A DNA stretch of 43,805 nt from an uncultured Clostridia bacterium (GTDB lineage Bacteria; Bacillota; Clostridia; Christensenellales; UBA1242), in NCBI GenBank assembly GCA_934746185.1, contig CAKVEY010000001.1:1-43805 (forward strand). Direction: 5' to 3'. The number at the start of each line of letters is the position of its first letter. Positions within the stretch are counted from its first letter, which is position 1. The notes under the pieces were generated by a model that had not been told where the DNA came from, did not search any database, and saw only the letters and a list, made by a program, of their open reading frames with translations. The translations under genes and the position numbers were made by a program. This document shows positions 20,331-28,634 of this stretch, piece after piece.

Positions 20331-21362
20331 ATGAAAAAAATTGTTTTTACTGGTGGTGGAACTGCTGGTCATATTATGCCGAATTTGGCAATTATAGAAG
20401 AAATAAAAAATAAAGCAAAAGTATATTATATTGGAAGCAACGGAATGGAAAAAGAATTAGTAAAAGATTATGATATTCCTTTTTATGAAATTCCTTCAAC
20501 CAAATTAAAAAGAAGTTTAAGTTTTAGTAATTTATTAATACCTTTTAAACTAATTAAAGCAATAAAAAAAGCCAAACAAATTTTAAAAGAAATTAGTCCT
20601 GATGTTATTTTTAGTAAAGGTGGATATGTTGCTTTGCCTGTTGTTTTTGCTGCCAAAAAACTTAAAATAAAAGTTATTTTGCACGAAAGCGATATGACAC
20701 TTGGATTAGCAAATAAATTATGTAAAAATAAATGCGAAACCATTTGTACAAGTTTTGAAAAAACAGCTGAGAATTTAAAAAACGGCTTGTTTACAGGTTC
20801 TCCCCTTCGCTCGCAAATTTTTAAAGGCAATAAAGAAAATGCCAAAAAACTATTTAAAAACTATAAAAATAAACCTACTATTTTGGTTGTTGGTGGAAGT
20901 CTTGGAAGCAAAATTATAAATGAAAATGTAAGAAAAAGTTTAGATAAATTAAAGGATTACAACATAATTCATTTGTGTGGAAAAAATAACCTAAGCAATA
21001 TAAAAAAAGATAATTATGTTGAACTTGAATTTGCAAATAATATAGAAGATTTATATGCACTATCAAATATAGTAATTTCTCGTGCTGGTAGTAATGTTAT
21101 TAATGAAATTTTAGCGTTAAATAAACCTAACATTTTAATTCCTTTATCTAAAAAAGCAAGTCGTGGTGACCAAATTTTAAATGCTAATTATTTTAAAGAA
21201 AAAGGATATAGCAAAGTTATTTTAGAAGAATACTTATCGCCAAATAGTTTGGTTAATTCTATAAATCAACTAAATAATGAAAAAGAAAAGTATATTCAAT
21301 CAATGCAAAAATCTAGTACAAAACTTGCAAATAAAAAAATAAGTGAACTACTTTTAAAATAA
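20331..21362 (+). CDS. murG: UDP-N-acetylglucosamine:lipid I N-acetylglucosaminyltransferase
   Basis: N-terminal GGGTAGH motif, and GGSLGS and RAG motifs in the C-terminal half. I prefer ATG 20331 (MKKIVFTGGGTAGH; GGAG 5 nt upstream) to the GTG at 20325. Confidence 0.9.
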   Translation: MKKIVFTGGGTAGHIMPNLAIIEEIKNKAKVYYIGSNGMEKELVKDYDIPFYEIPSTKLKRSLSFSNLLIPFKLIKAIKKAKQILKEISPDVIFSKGGYVALPVVFAAKKLKIKVILHESDMTLGLANKLCKNKCETICTSFEKTAENLKNGLFTGSPLRSQIFKGNKENAKKLFKNYKNKPTILVVGGSLGSKIINENVRKSLDKLKDYNIIHLCGKNNLSNIKKDNYVELEFANNIEDLYALSNIVISRAGSNVINEILALNKPNILIPLSKKASRGDQILNANYFKEKGYSKVILEEYLSPNSLVNSINQLNNEKEKYIQSMQKSSTKLANKKISELLLK

Positions 21363-21386
21363 AAAGTGCCAAATGGCACTTTTTTT
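21361..21386 (+). terminator. Rho-independent terminator of murG
   Basis: aaaaagtgcc-aaat-ggcac followed by a T-run. It is the first of four consecutive small hairpins (21361-21461). Confidence 0.65.
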
Positions 21387-21486
21387 AGTTTTTTGCCTTT
21401 GGCAAAAATAATTAGCGTAAAATTTGTGCTATTGCACAAAAAGTTTTTTACTTCGTAAAAAGTTAAGTTTGCAAACAAAGTTATTG

Positions 21487-22182
21487 TTAATACAAATCTT
21501 TCAATTTGTCTTTTATATCTTTTAAAGCTTTTGTTTCTATTCGAGAAATATAACTACGACTTATTCCTAATTTTTTGGCAACTTCTAATTGCGTTAAACT
21601 AGGTGTATTATTTAATCCATATCGCATACAAATTATTTTAAATTCCCTTTCGGTTAAGTTTTCTTTTAAAATTTTTTGCAACTGTTCGCTAATAATTTTA
21701 TTCTCAACAATATTTGCTAATTCGTCTATATCGTTACCTAATACATCTTCAAGTGTTATATCATTGCCGTCTTTATCTTGCCCTAAACTCTCTTCTAATG
21801 AATATACTCCGTTATGCTTTTTATTTAGTCTTATAAGCATTAAAATTTCGTTTTCTATACATCGTGCTGCATAAGTTGATAGTTGCGTACCTTTATTTAG
21901 TTCGTATGTATTAATCGCTTTAATTAAGCCTATTGTGCCAACACTTATTAAATCATCAGCTTCTCCTGCTTGCGAATATTTTTTTACAATGTGTGCAACT
22001 AGTCTTAAATTATGATATATGAGCCTATTTTTTGCGTCTATATCGCCGTCATTTTTAAATTTTTTTATACATTCTAATTCTTCCTCGTTTGATAACGGAT
22101 TTGGAAATCCACTACTCTTTTGTACAAATGATGTAAAACACATCACTCTATTTAAAAAATTTACAAAAGTTTCGGTTATCAT
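21487..22182 (-). CDS. sigK: Sporulation sigma factor, pro-sigma-K type (uninterrupted)
   Basis: 231 aa. The hydrophobic pro-sequence ends in SGFPNPLS (Bacillus SigK has NAFPQPLS). Also HNLRLVAHIVKKY, AARCIENEILM and GQDKDGNDITLEDVLG, which match SigK better than SigE. The ORF is continuous, with no skin-type insertion. Confidence 0.8.
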   Translation of the reverse strand: MITETFVNFLNRVMCFTSFVQKSSGFPNPLSNEEELECIKKFKNDGDIDAKNRLIYHNLRLVAHIVKKYSQAGEADDLISVGTIGLIKAINTYELNKGTQLSTYAARCIENEILMLIRLNKKHNGVYSLEESLGQDKDGNDITLEDVLGNDIDELANIVENKIISEQLQKILKENLTEREFKIICMRYGLNNTPSLTQLEVAKKLGISRSYISRIETKALKDIKDKLKDLY

Positions 22183-22296
22183 TTATCTACTCCTTACGAG
22201 TATATATATGAAGTATTTTGTCGAAATTTGCTTGTACTAATTAAAAATAAATAAAAAAATATATATAAACTAGTTATATATATCTTAAATTTTTTA

Positions 22297-22325
22297 TAAA
22301 AAAAAAGAGATAAATCTCTCTTTTT
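22297..22325 (-). terminator. Rho-independent terminator of the 82-aa membrane protein gene
   Basis: The minus-strand RNA is AAAGAGAGA-UUUA-UCUCUUU followed by a long U-run. Confidence 0.6.
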
Positions 22326-22327
22326 AA

Positions 22328-22576
22328 TTAGCCATTTAAACTTGCAAACATTAAAACTACAAAAGCAATAACAACAAATATTAAACCAACAACTTTTAAA
22401 GTAACATAAAGTTTATCGTTATCCATAACAACATTTGATTTTCTTACTGTTCTTGTAATTCTTTTAGCAAGACATATAATAGCAAAACCTATTGCACCCA
22501 AAATAATTGAAGTTAAAAATTCAGGTTTTAAAATAGTATCTAAAAATCCATTTGTAGCATTTAATAAGTGAAACAT
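22328..22576 (-). CDS. Small membrane protein (two predicted TM helices)
   Basis: 82 aa with two hydrophobic stretches (IILGAIGFAIICL and VVGLIFVVIAFVVLMF), an SD (AGGAGAG) and its own terminator. Confidence 0.55.
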   Translation of the reverse strand: MFHLLNATNGFLDTILKPEFLTSIILGAIGFAIICLAKRITRTVRKSNVVMDNDKLYVTLKVVGLIFVVIAFVVLMFASLNG

Positions 22577-22736
22577 ATTCTCTCCTAATATTTAATTTTT
22601 CATATTATAACGCAAAAAAAAATTAAAGTCAATAGTAAATTTTTATAAATTTTAAATTCTTACAACAATTTTTTATAATTTTAAATTTCACACTTTTGTT
22701 TTAATTTTAATAGAATATTTAAGTAAGGAGGAATGA

Positions 22737-23723
22737 ATGAAAAAATTTGCATTACTTATACTTTCTTTTTTTATAGCGTTTAGTGGCATTATTTGTTTTA
22801 CTGGTTGTAAAGATAAGAATGTAATAAGAATTAACGAAGTTACTCACTCTATATTTTATGCACCCCTTTATGTAGCAATAAATAACGGCTATTTTAAAGA
22901 ATATAATTATAAAATTGAGTTAGTAAATGGTGGTGGTTCGGATAATAGTATGACTGCACTATTAAGCAACAGTGCCGATATTGCTTTGCTTGGTCCTGAA
23001 ACTGGTGTTTATGTAAACGCTGGTGGAAAACAAAATGCACCAAAAGTATTTGGTCAATTAACAAAGCGTGATGGTAGTTTCTTAGTTGGCAAAGTAGACG
23101 AACCCGATTTTAAATGGGAAAATTTAAAAGGCAAACACGTAATTGCTGGTCGTAAAGGTGGTTCACCTGCTATGAGTTTACAATATGCAATCGAAAAAAA
23201 TGGATTGAATATTAATAACGATTTAAACTTCGATTTAAGTGTTGCGTTTAATATGACCGTTGGCGCTTTTACTGGTGGAACCGCTGATTATGTTACAGTT
23301 TTTGAACCAACTGCAAGTGAACTTGTTAGAGAAAATAAAGGTTATATTGTAGCATCTGTTGGTGAAGAATCTGGTGAAATACCTTTTACTTGCTTTATGG
23401 CAAATCAAGACTATATTAAAAATAACACAGCAAAATTAGAAAACTTTTTAAAAGCAATTAAAAAGGCGTACGATTTTATTATGACAAGTGATATTAATGA
23501 TGTAGTTAATAGTTTAAGACCTAGTTTTTCAACTTCAACAGACGAAAGCATTAAAGCAAGCATTTTAAGTTATAAAAAGATTGATGCTTGGTGTGCTACT
23601 CCTGTTATGACAGAAGATAGTTATACTCGTTTACTTGATATGCTACAAGGTGCTGGCGAATTAACAACGAGAGTTGAATTTAGCAAAGTTGTTGATAATC
23701 GAGTAGCAAACAAAATTAAATAA
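22737..23723 (+). CDS. Lipoprotein, NMT1/THI5-like (ThiY/SsuA-type) ABC substrate-binding protein
   Basis: 328 aa. Signal peptide with lipobox FTGC, a strong SD (AAGGAGG), and family-typical segments (FYAPLYVA...GYF, DIALLGP). No permease or ATPase gene is adjacent. Confidence 0.75.
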   Translation: MKKFALLILSFFIAFSGIICFTGCKDKNVIRINEVTHSIFYAPLYVAINNGYFKEYNYKIELVNGGGSDNSMTALLSNSADIALLGPETGVYVNAGGKQNAPKVFGQLTKRDGSFLVGKVDEPDFKWENLKGKHVIAGRKGGSPAMSLQYAIEKNGLNINNDLNFDLSVAFNMTVGAFTGGTADYVTVFEPTASELVRENKGYIVASVGEESGEIPFTCFMANQDYIKNNTAKLENFLKAIKKAYDFIMTSDINDVVNSLRPSFSTSTDESIKASILSYKKIDAWCATPVMTEDSYTRLLDMLQGAGELTTRVEFSKVVDNRVANKIK

Positions 23724-23740
23724 AAACAATCTTTCAATAA

Positions 23741-23770
23741 AAAATAGTAGGTGTAAAATCCTACTATTTT
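23741..23770. terminator. Bidirectional terminator hairpin
   Basis: aaaatagtagg-tgtaaaat-cctactatttt, between convergent genes. The right arm overlaps the stop codon of the XRE gene. Confidence 0.6.
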
Positions 23771-23884
23771 AATTTTTTTGCTAAATCAATTAACGTTTGC
23801 TTACTATCTTTTGATAGTGTTGATAATATCTCTATCAATTCTTTGTCTTTTTCATATTCATCTAAATTTGGATAGAAAAACTCA
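23762..23884. repeat. Direct repeat copy 1 (3' end of XRE paralogue 1)
   Basis: 123 nt. 119 of 123 positions are identical to 24096-24218 (offset 334 nt). Mismatches are at 23794, 23815, 23860 and 23881. Confidence 0.95.
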
Positions 23885-24078
23885 ACGCCATTTATTTCTA
23901 CTAAATCAAAAAAGTCTAACAATGTCTTTACTTTCATTTCTACAACATTTCTTTCAATTCTATTTATATAAGCATCACCTAACCCCATTCTTAAACTAGT
24001 TTCTCTTGCCGATAAATTATTTTTATTTCTAAAATATCCTATTCTATATAATAAATCTTCGTAAGTTATTTTCTTCAT
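23764..24078 (-). CDS. XRE-family HTH transcriptional regulator (paralogue 1)
   Basis: 104 aa. The N-terminal HTH (LSARETSLRMGLGDAYINRIE) is followed by a ~37-aa C-terminal tail nearly identical to that of the upstream paralogue. Confidence 0.8.
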   Translation of the reverse strand: MKKITYEDLLYRIGYFRNKNNLSARETSLRMGLGDAYINRIERNVVEMKVKTLLDFFDLVEINGVEFFYPNLDEYEKDKELIEILSTLSKDSKQTLIDLAKKLK

Positions 24079-24095
24079 ATATTTTTCCCTTAATT

Positions 24096-24218
24096 TACTA
24101 TTTTAATTTTTTTGCTAAATCAATTAATGTTTGCTTACTATCTTTTGAAAGTGTTGATAATATCTCTATCAATTCTTTGTCTTTTTCATATTCTTCTAAA
24201 TTTGGATAGAAAAATTCA
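24096..24218. repeat. Direct repeat copy 2 (3' end of XRE paralogue 2)
   Basis: See copy 1. In both copies the repeat starts 2 nt beyond the stop codon. Confidence 0.95.
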
Positions 24219-24421
24219 TTAGGCGTAGAATTACAAATTTCTATTGCTTCTAATAACACTTCGGCAGGAATACTAAAATCACCATTTTCAAATTTTGCAA
24301 TATAGGCAGGCGAATATCCTAATGTTTGAGATAATTCTCGTGCCGACATATTTGCCTTATTTCGCAAATACCCTAATCGATTTATTAAAAATTTTCGTGT
24401 ATCACTAATACTTTTATTCAT
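24098..24421 (-). CDS. XRE-family HTH transcriptional regulator (paralogue 2)
   Basis: 107 aa. HTH (MSARELSQTLGYSPAYIAKFENG), and an SD (GGAG) 9 nt upstream of the ATG. The tail FYPNLEEYEKDKELIEILSTLSKDSKQTLIDLAKKLK is shared with paralogue 1. Confidence 0.8.
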   Translation of the reverse strand: MNKSISDTRKFLINRLGYLRNKANMSARELSQTLGYSPAYIAKFENGDFSIPAEVLLEAIEICNSTPNEFFYPNLEEYEKDKELIEILSTLSKDSKQTLIDLAKKLK

Positions 24422-24573
24422 AATTTTTTCTCCATTATTAATTTTAGTATCTGTTTATTAGTTGTGTATTTAATAACATTGGTAAATTTTCTTTGACAAT
24501 TTTTAAAAATATGTTATTATGTATAATACTATTAAATATTTACCAATAACATTATTTATAAACGGAGAAATTG

Positions 24574-25092
24574 ATGAATAGCAGTAAATTTTTTAAAGTT
24601 TGTTTTACGGGTCATAGACCAAATAAACTTAGTTGGAAATATAATGAAGAATTAGATAGTTGCAAAAAGTTTAAATTTGACATTGAAAATATGCTCATAA
24701 AAGCAATTAAAAATAATTATTGCTACTTTATTAGTGGTATGGCTCTTGGAATTGATATTATTTGTGCCGAAATTGTTTTAAAATTAAAAAATATTTATAA
24801 AAATGTTAAACTTGAATGTGCTATTCCCTGCTTTAATCAAACTAAGTTTTGGAACGAAAAAGATAAAATCCGTTATGAAAATATTATAAAAAAATGCGAT
24901 AAAATAACTTATGTTTCTAGTTGTAATTATTATATAGGTTGCAATCAAAAACGAAATGTTTATATGGTAGATAATTCTAATGTTGTTATTGCTGTTTGGA
25001 ATGGTTATAGTAGTGGAACTAAAAACACAATAGATTATGCAAAACAAAAAAATTTAAAAATAAAAATTATAGATATAAATTCATATAAATAA
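24574..25092 (+). CDS. DUF1273 / YpsA-type SLOG-fold protein
   Basis: N-terminus CFTGHRPNKL, and GMALGIDIICAEIVL, typical of the DUF1273 (YpsA/YoqJ) family. I prefer ATG 24574 (GGAG 8 nt upstream) to the TTG at 24571. Confidence 0.75.
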   Translation: MNSSKFFKVCFTGHRPNKLSWKYNEELDSCKKFKFDIENMLIKAIKNNYCYFISGMALGIDIICAEIVLKLKNIYKNVKLECAIPCFNQTKFWNEKDKIRYENIIKKCDKITYVSSCNYYIGCNQKRNVYMVDNSNVVIAVWNGYSSGTKNTIDYAKQKNLKIKIIDINSYK

Positions 25093-25122
25093 AAAAAGTG
25101 ATTATCGCTAATCACTTTTTTT
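25092..25122. terminator. Bidirectional terminator between the DUF1273 gene and clpC
   Basis: aaaaaagtgatta-tcgc-taatcacttttttt. Confidence 0.7.
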
Positions 25123-25127
25123 GTTTT

Positions 25128-27551
25128 TTATTGTTTTTTATAAGTAAAAGTTAATTGATTATTTTCGGCATCTATTAAAATTAAGTCGCCATCACTAATT
25201 TTACCTGCAAGCATATCTTCGGCAATTTGGTCTTCAATTTTTTGTTCAATCAATCTTCTTAAAGGTCTTGCGCCATAGTTTGTGTTAGAACCATTTTCAA
25301 TTAAGTAGTTGACTGCGTTTTCTGTCAATTTGATTTCCAAATTTTTCTCTTTTAATCGTTTATTTAAGTTGTTAATCATAATACTTGCAATTTGTGCTAT
25401 ATCTTGTTTGGTTAATTTATGAAAAACTGTTATAACATCAATACGGTTTAAAAATTCTGGTTTGAATTTTCTTCTTAAAGCGTCCATTAAAATTTCTTTT
25501 TCTTTGGCTTCTTCCATTTCTTCATTTGTAGCGTTAAATCCTAATTGTTTTTTAACATTATTTAATTCATCAACACCACAGTTACTAGTTAATATAATAA
25601 TTGTATTTTGGAATGAAACAGTTTTTCCGTGGCTATCTGTAAGTCTGCCATCTTCTAATATTTGTAATAAAATATTAAATACATCTGGGTGTGCTTTTTC
25701 AATTTCATCAAACAAAACTACACTATATGGTTTTCTTCTTACGGCTTCGGTTAATTGTCCACCATCTTCGTGTCCAACATATCCTGGTGGCGAACCGATT
25801 AACTTACTTACTGCGTGAGATTCCATATATTCACTCATATCAAGTCTTATAATAGCGTTTTCACTATTAAACATTGCTTCGGCTAAGGCTTTACAAAGTT
25901 CAGTTTTACCAACACCAGTTGGACCTAAAAAGATAAAACTTCCTATTGGTCGTTTACTATCTTTTAAACCAACTCTTGCTCTTCTTATTGCTTTACAAAC
26001 ACTTTCAACTGCTTCATTTTGACCAACAATTCTTTCGTGCAAGATATTTTCTAAGTTTAATAGTCTATCTTTTTCTTGCATATTTAATTTAGAAACTGGA
26101 ATTTTAGTCCATTTAGAAACAACTTCGGCAATATCATCTTCGGTTATTTCTTTATAGTCTTTTCCGTCATTACTATTCTTTTTGATTTGAGCAATTTCAT
26201 CTTGTAAAGATTTAATATCATCTCTAAGTTTTGCTGCTTTTTCAAAATTTTCTTGTAGTAGTGCTTCTTTTTTACTATTTTCTAAACTTTGTAGTTCCTT
26301 TTCTTTTTGAGTTATTTCTGGTGGAACTATTGAGTTATTTACTTTTGCTTTACTACTTGCTTCATCAATTAAGTCAATCGCTTTATCTGGTAAGTTTCTA
26401 TCAGTTATATATCTATCGCTTAATTTACAAGCAGATTCTATTGCACTATCTGTAATTTTAACTTTATGGAATGCTTCAAAACTATCTCGAATACCTTTTA
26501 AAATTAAAATTGTGTCTTCAACTGATGGTGGATTTACAATAACTGGTTGAAATCTACGCTCTAATGCTTTATCTTTTTCGATAAATTTACGATATTCGTC
26601 AGTTGTTGTTGCACCAATAGTTTGTAGTTCTCCCCTTGCTAAATAAGGTTTTAACATATCGCTAGGACTTACTTCCCCCTTTTCGCTACCTGCTTGACTT
26701 AATGTATGAATTTCATCAATAAAAGTTATGATGTTTTTACTTTTAATAATTGTTTCAATAACTTCTTTTAATTTTTCTTCTAATGCTCCACGATATTTCG
26801 TGCCAGCCATTAAACCACCTAATTCTAATGAAAAGATAGTTTTGTTTTGCAATTCTTCTGGAACATTGCCTTTAACAATTCGTTGTGCTAAACCTTCAAC
26901 AATGGCACTTTTACCAACACCAGCTTCACCAATTAAAACTGGATTGTTTTTTGTTTTACGGCAAAGAATTTCAATAACTCTTTCAATTTCTTCGTCCCTA
27001 CCAATAATTGCATCAATTTTACCTTCTTTTGCTTTTAAGGTTAAATCTGTGCCCATTTCTAACAAGTTTGCTGGAAGTGTTGATGCACTTTCGTTTGTTG
27101 TGTCTTGTTTTAAGTTGTCGCCTTTTAAAATGTTTAAAACGCTTTCACGCATTTTTTCAATATTGCAACCAAAAACTTCTTGCAATAAGTTTACTGCAAC
27201 GCCATCGCTAAGAAGTATTGCTAAAAACAAATGTTCAGTTCCAACAAAACTATGATTTAATTCAACAGCCACTTCGCTTGCAACTCTAAACACTTGTTTT
27301 GCAGTTGGAGTTAAATCTACGCTATCAGCACCAAAAATTGTTTCGCCATTTTGTGCAATTAAAACTTCAAGTTTATCGCTAGTAACACCATTTTCACTTA
27401 AAACTTTGCTACTTTTACTATCAGTAAATTTACATAATCCATACAATAAATGTTCGGTTGCAATTTCACCTGAATTATATTGTTTTGCTAAACTAGAAGC
27501 ATATTTTAATACTTCGTTTACGCCTTCGGTTGCGTTAATATTATAATACAT
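25128..27551 (-). CDS. clpC: ATP-dependent Clp protease ATP-binding subunit ClpC
   Basis: 807 aa. Has the Clp N-repeat domain, two AAA+ modules (GEAGVGKS and GPTGVGKT), and a UVR-like linker (NFEKAAKLRDDIKSLQDEI). It is the last gene of the ctsR operon. Confidence 0.95.
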   Translation of the reverse strand: MYYNINATEGVNEVLKYASSLAKQYNSGEIATEHLLYGLCKFTDSKSSKVLSENGVTSDKLEVLIAQNGETIFGADSVDLTPTAKQVFRVASEVAVELNHSFVGTEHLFLAILLSDGVAVNLLQEVFGCNIEKMRESVLNILKGDNLKQDTTNESASTLPANLLEMGTDLTLKAKEGKIDAIIGRDEEIERVIEILCRKTKNNPVLIGEAGVGKSAIVEGLAQRIVKGNVPEELQNKTIFSLELGGLMAGTKYRGALEEKLKEVIETIIKSKNIITFIDEIHTLSQAGSEKGEVSPSDMLKPYLARGELQTIGATTTDEYRKFIEKDKALERRFQPVIVNPPSVEDTILILKGIRDSFEAFHKVKITDSAIESACKLSDRYITDRNLPDKAIDLIDEASSKAKVNNSIVPPEITQKEKELQSLENSKKEALLQENFEKAAKLRDDIKSLQDEIAQIKKNSNDGKDYKEITEDDIAEVVSKWTKIPVSKLNMQEKDRLLNLENILHERIVGQNEAVESVCKAIRRARVGLKDSKRPIGSFIFLGPTGVGKTELCKALAEAMFNSENAIIRLDMSEYMESHAVSKLIGSPPGYVGHEDGGQLTEAVRRKPYSVVLFDEIEKAHPDVFNILLQILEDGRLTDSHGKTVSFQNTIIILTSNCGVDELNNVKKQLGFNATNEEMEEAKEKEILMDALRRKFKPEFLNRIDVITVFHKLTKQDIAQIASIMINNLNKRLKEKNLEIKLTENAVNYLIENGSNTNYGARPLRRLIEQKIEDQIAEDMLAGKISDGDLILIDAENNQLTFTYKKQ

Positions 27552-27642
27552 ATTCTTTTCCCCCTTTTTAATTATTTTTTTTATTAATTTTAAATATTAA
27601 ACTTTAACAATTCATTTTTTTTAATAAAATATTAAAAACTAA

Positions 27643-28128
27643 TTATTTGTTATTTTTAAGTTCTTTAATTTTATCTCTTAATTTAACAGCATCTTCATAT
27701 CGTTCTTCAACAACGGCTTTTTTAAGTTGTAAATCTAATTTTTGAATTTCAAGTTTTCGTTTTTCTTCATCGCTTAATTTAATTTCTTCGGTTTTATTGT
27801 TGTTTGTTTTAACAATTTTTTTACCGTGATTTTCTTTATTTTCGTGTGATAATAATTTAGTATTAAAGAAATCATCTTCAAAATCGTTAAAGTCTAAAAA
27901 GTTATTTAATAATGGGCTTGTGAAGTAACTAAAACTAGTTTTAAAATCACTCATTATATCATCGAAGAAACTTTTTCCAAAGTTTAAACTATTAAACTCT
28001 TTATCAAAATCAAATTCCTTACTTTTTTTGGCGCACTCACTACATAAATGAGTTTCACTAACTTTGCCATTTATATTACAAACTTTATGAAAATTTGCTT
28101 CATTTGTTTTACATTTATCACATTTCAT
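27643..28128 (-). CDS. McsA-like protein (N-terminal zinc finger plus C-terminal UvrB/UvrC motif)
   Basis: 161 aa. CDKC...ANFH...NGK..ETHLCSECAKK resembles the first McsA zinc finger. The C-terminal VEERYEDAVKLRDKIKEL is a UVR motif. It sits between ctsR and clpC. Confidence 0.7.
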   Translation of the reverse strand: MKCDKCKTNEANFHKVCNINGKVSETHLCSECAKKSKEFDFDKEFNSLNFGKSFFDDIMSDFKTSFSYFTSPLLNNFLDFNDFEDDFFNTKLLSHENKENHGKKIVKTNNNKTEEIKLSDEEKRKLEIQKLDLQLKKAVVEERYEDAVKLRDKIKELKNNK

Positions 28129-28131
28129 AAT

Positions 28132-28587
28132 TTATTTCCCCCTATTTTGTAAATTTATCAAAATGTTTTTGAAAATATTATATCGCAAATTATTTTCAAT
28201 TTTAAAAGGTGAAGAAAGACTTTTTGCGTTTATTGTCGTTTTTATTAAGTCTAACTCGTTTAAAGTGATTAGATTATTTTTATATAGGTTTTCTAAAATA
28301 AAACAAGCAGTAGCATAATCTAAATTAGGATTTAAGTTTTTTATAATGTTTGTTAAATAATCGTTAGTAAAAGTAACTTTTTTAACAACAATATATCCAC
28401 CACCACCACGCTTACTTTCGGTTTGAAATCCCCTATCCAAAGTAAATCTTGTAGATAAAACATAATTTATTTGACTAGGCGAAACATTAAAAAAGTTAGC
28501 AAGTTCATTACGGCTTAAATTTAAACTTTCGTCTGCACCGATATTATCAAGAATAAATTTCTCTATAATATCACTTAAATTTTGCAT
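28132..28587 (-). CDS. ctsR: Class III stress-gene repressor CtsR
   Basis: NLSDIIEKFI..., SPSQINYVLSTRFT and ESKRGGGGYI are CtsR hallmarks. The start is set at ATG 28587 (AAGGAG 9 nt upstream). The longer track ORF would run through its own operator and promoter. Confidence 0.9.
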   Translation of the reverse strand: MQNLSDIIEKFILDNIGADESLNLSRNELANFFNVSPSQINYVLSTRFTLDRGFQTESKRGGGGYIVVKKVTFTNDYLTNIIKNLNPNLDYATACFILENLYKNNLITLNELDLIKTTINAKSLSSPFKIENNLRYNIFKNILINLQNRGK

Positions 28588-28608
28588 ATCTATCATCTCC
28601 TTAAAAGG

Positions 28609-28632
28609 TTTGACTTTCTTTGACCTTTGACT
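28609..28632 (-). promoter_or_regulatory. CtsR operator (three heptads)
   Basis: Minus strand reads AGTCAAA-GGTCAAA-GAA-AGTCAAA. The last two heptads match the published CtsR box (A/G)GTCAAA-NAN-(A/G)GTCAAA. The site lies immediately downstream of the -10. Confidence 0.85.
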
Positions 28633-28634
28633 AT

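Noticed and set aside
21455-21472. A 16-nt match (CAAACTTAACTTTTTA, reverse strand) to 28830-28845, considered as evidence of a dispersed repeat family.
   Set aside because: With this base composition, roughly ten such 16-mers are expected by chance in a 44-kb window when both strands are compared.
21487-22182. A skin-like intervening element splitting sigK.
   Set aside because: The ORF is continuous from the pro-sequence to region 4.2 (ISRSYISRIE), and no recombinase gene is nearby.
22577-22736. A TPP riboswitch upstream of the ThiY/NMT1-like lipoprotein.
   Set aside because: No CUGAGA / ACCUGAUCUGGAUAAUGCCAGCG-like conserved elements are present. The region is simple AT-rich promoter DNA.
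26728-27255. Long plus-strand ORF (175 aa) inside clpC. Similar antisense ORFs occur at 1190-1477, 16596-16979, 20483-20845, 21575-21874, 25462-25818, 30820-31083 and 38252-38524.
   Set aside because: They lie entirely antisense to genes with unmistakable conserved motifs. Their products are low-complexity Leu/Ser/Phe-rich strings typical of the reverse frame of AT-rich coding DNA, and they have no SD.
27552-27642. A degraded mcsB pseudogene between the McsA-like gene and clpC.
   Set aside because: The gap is only 91 nt of A/T-rich sequence, too short to hold remnants of a ~360-aa kinase gene.
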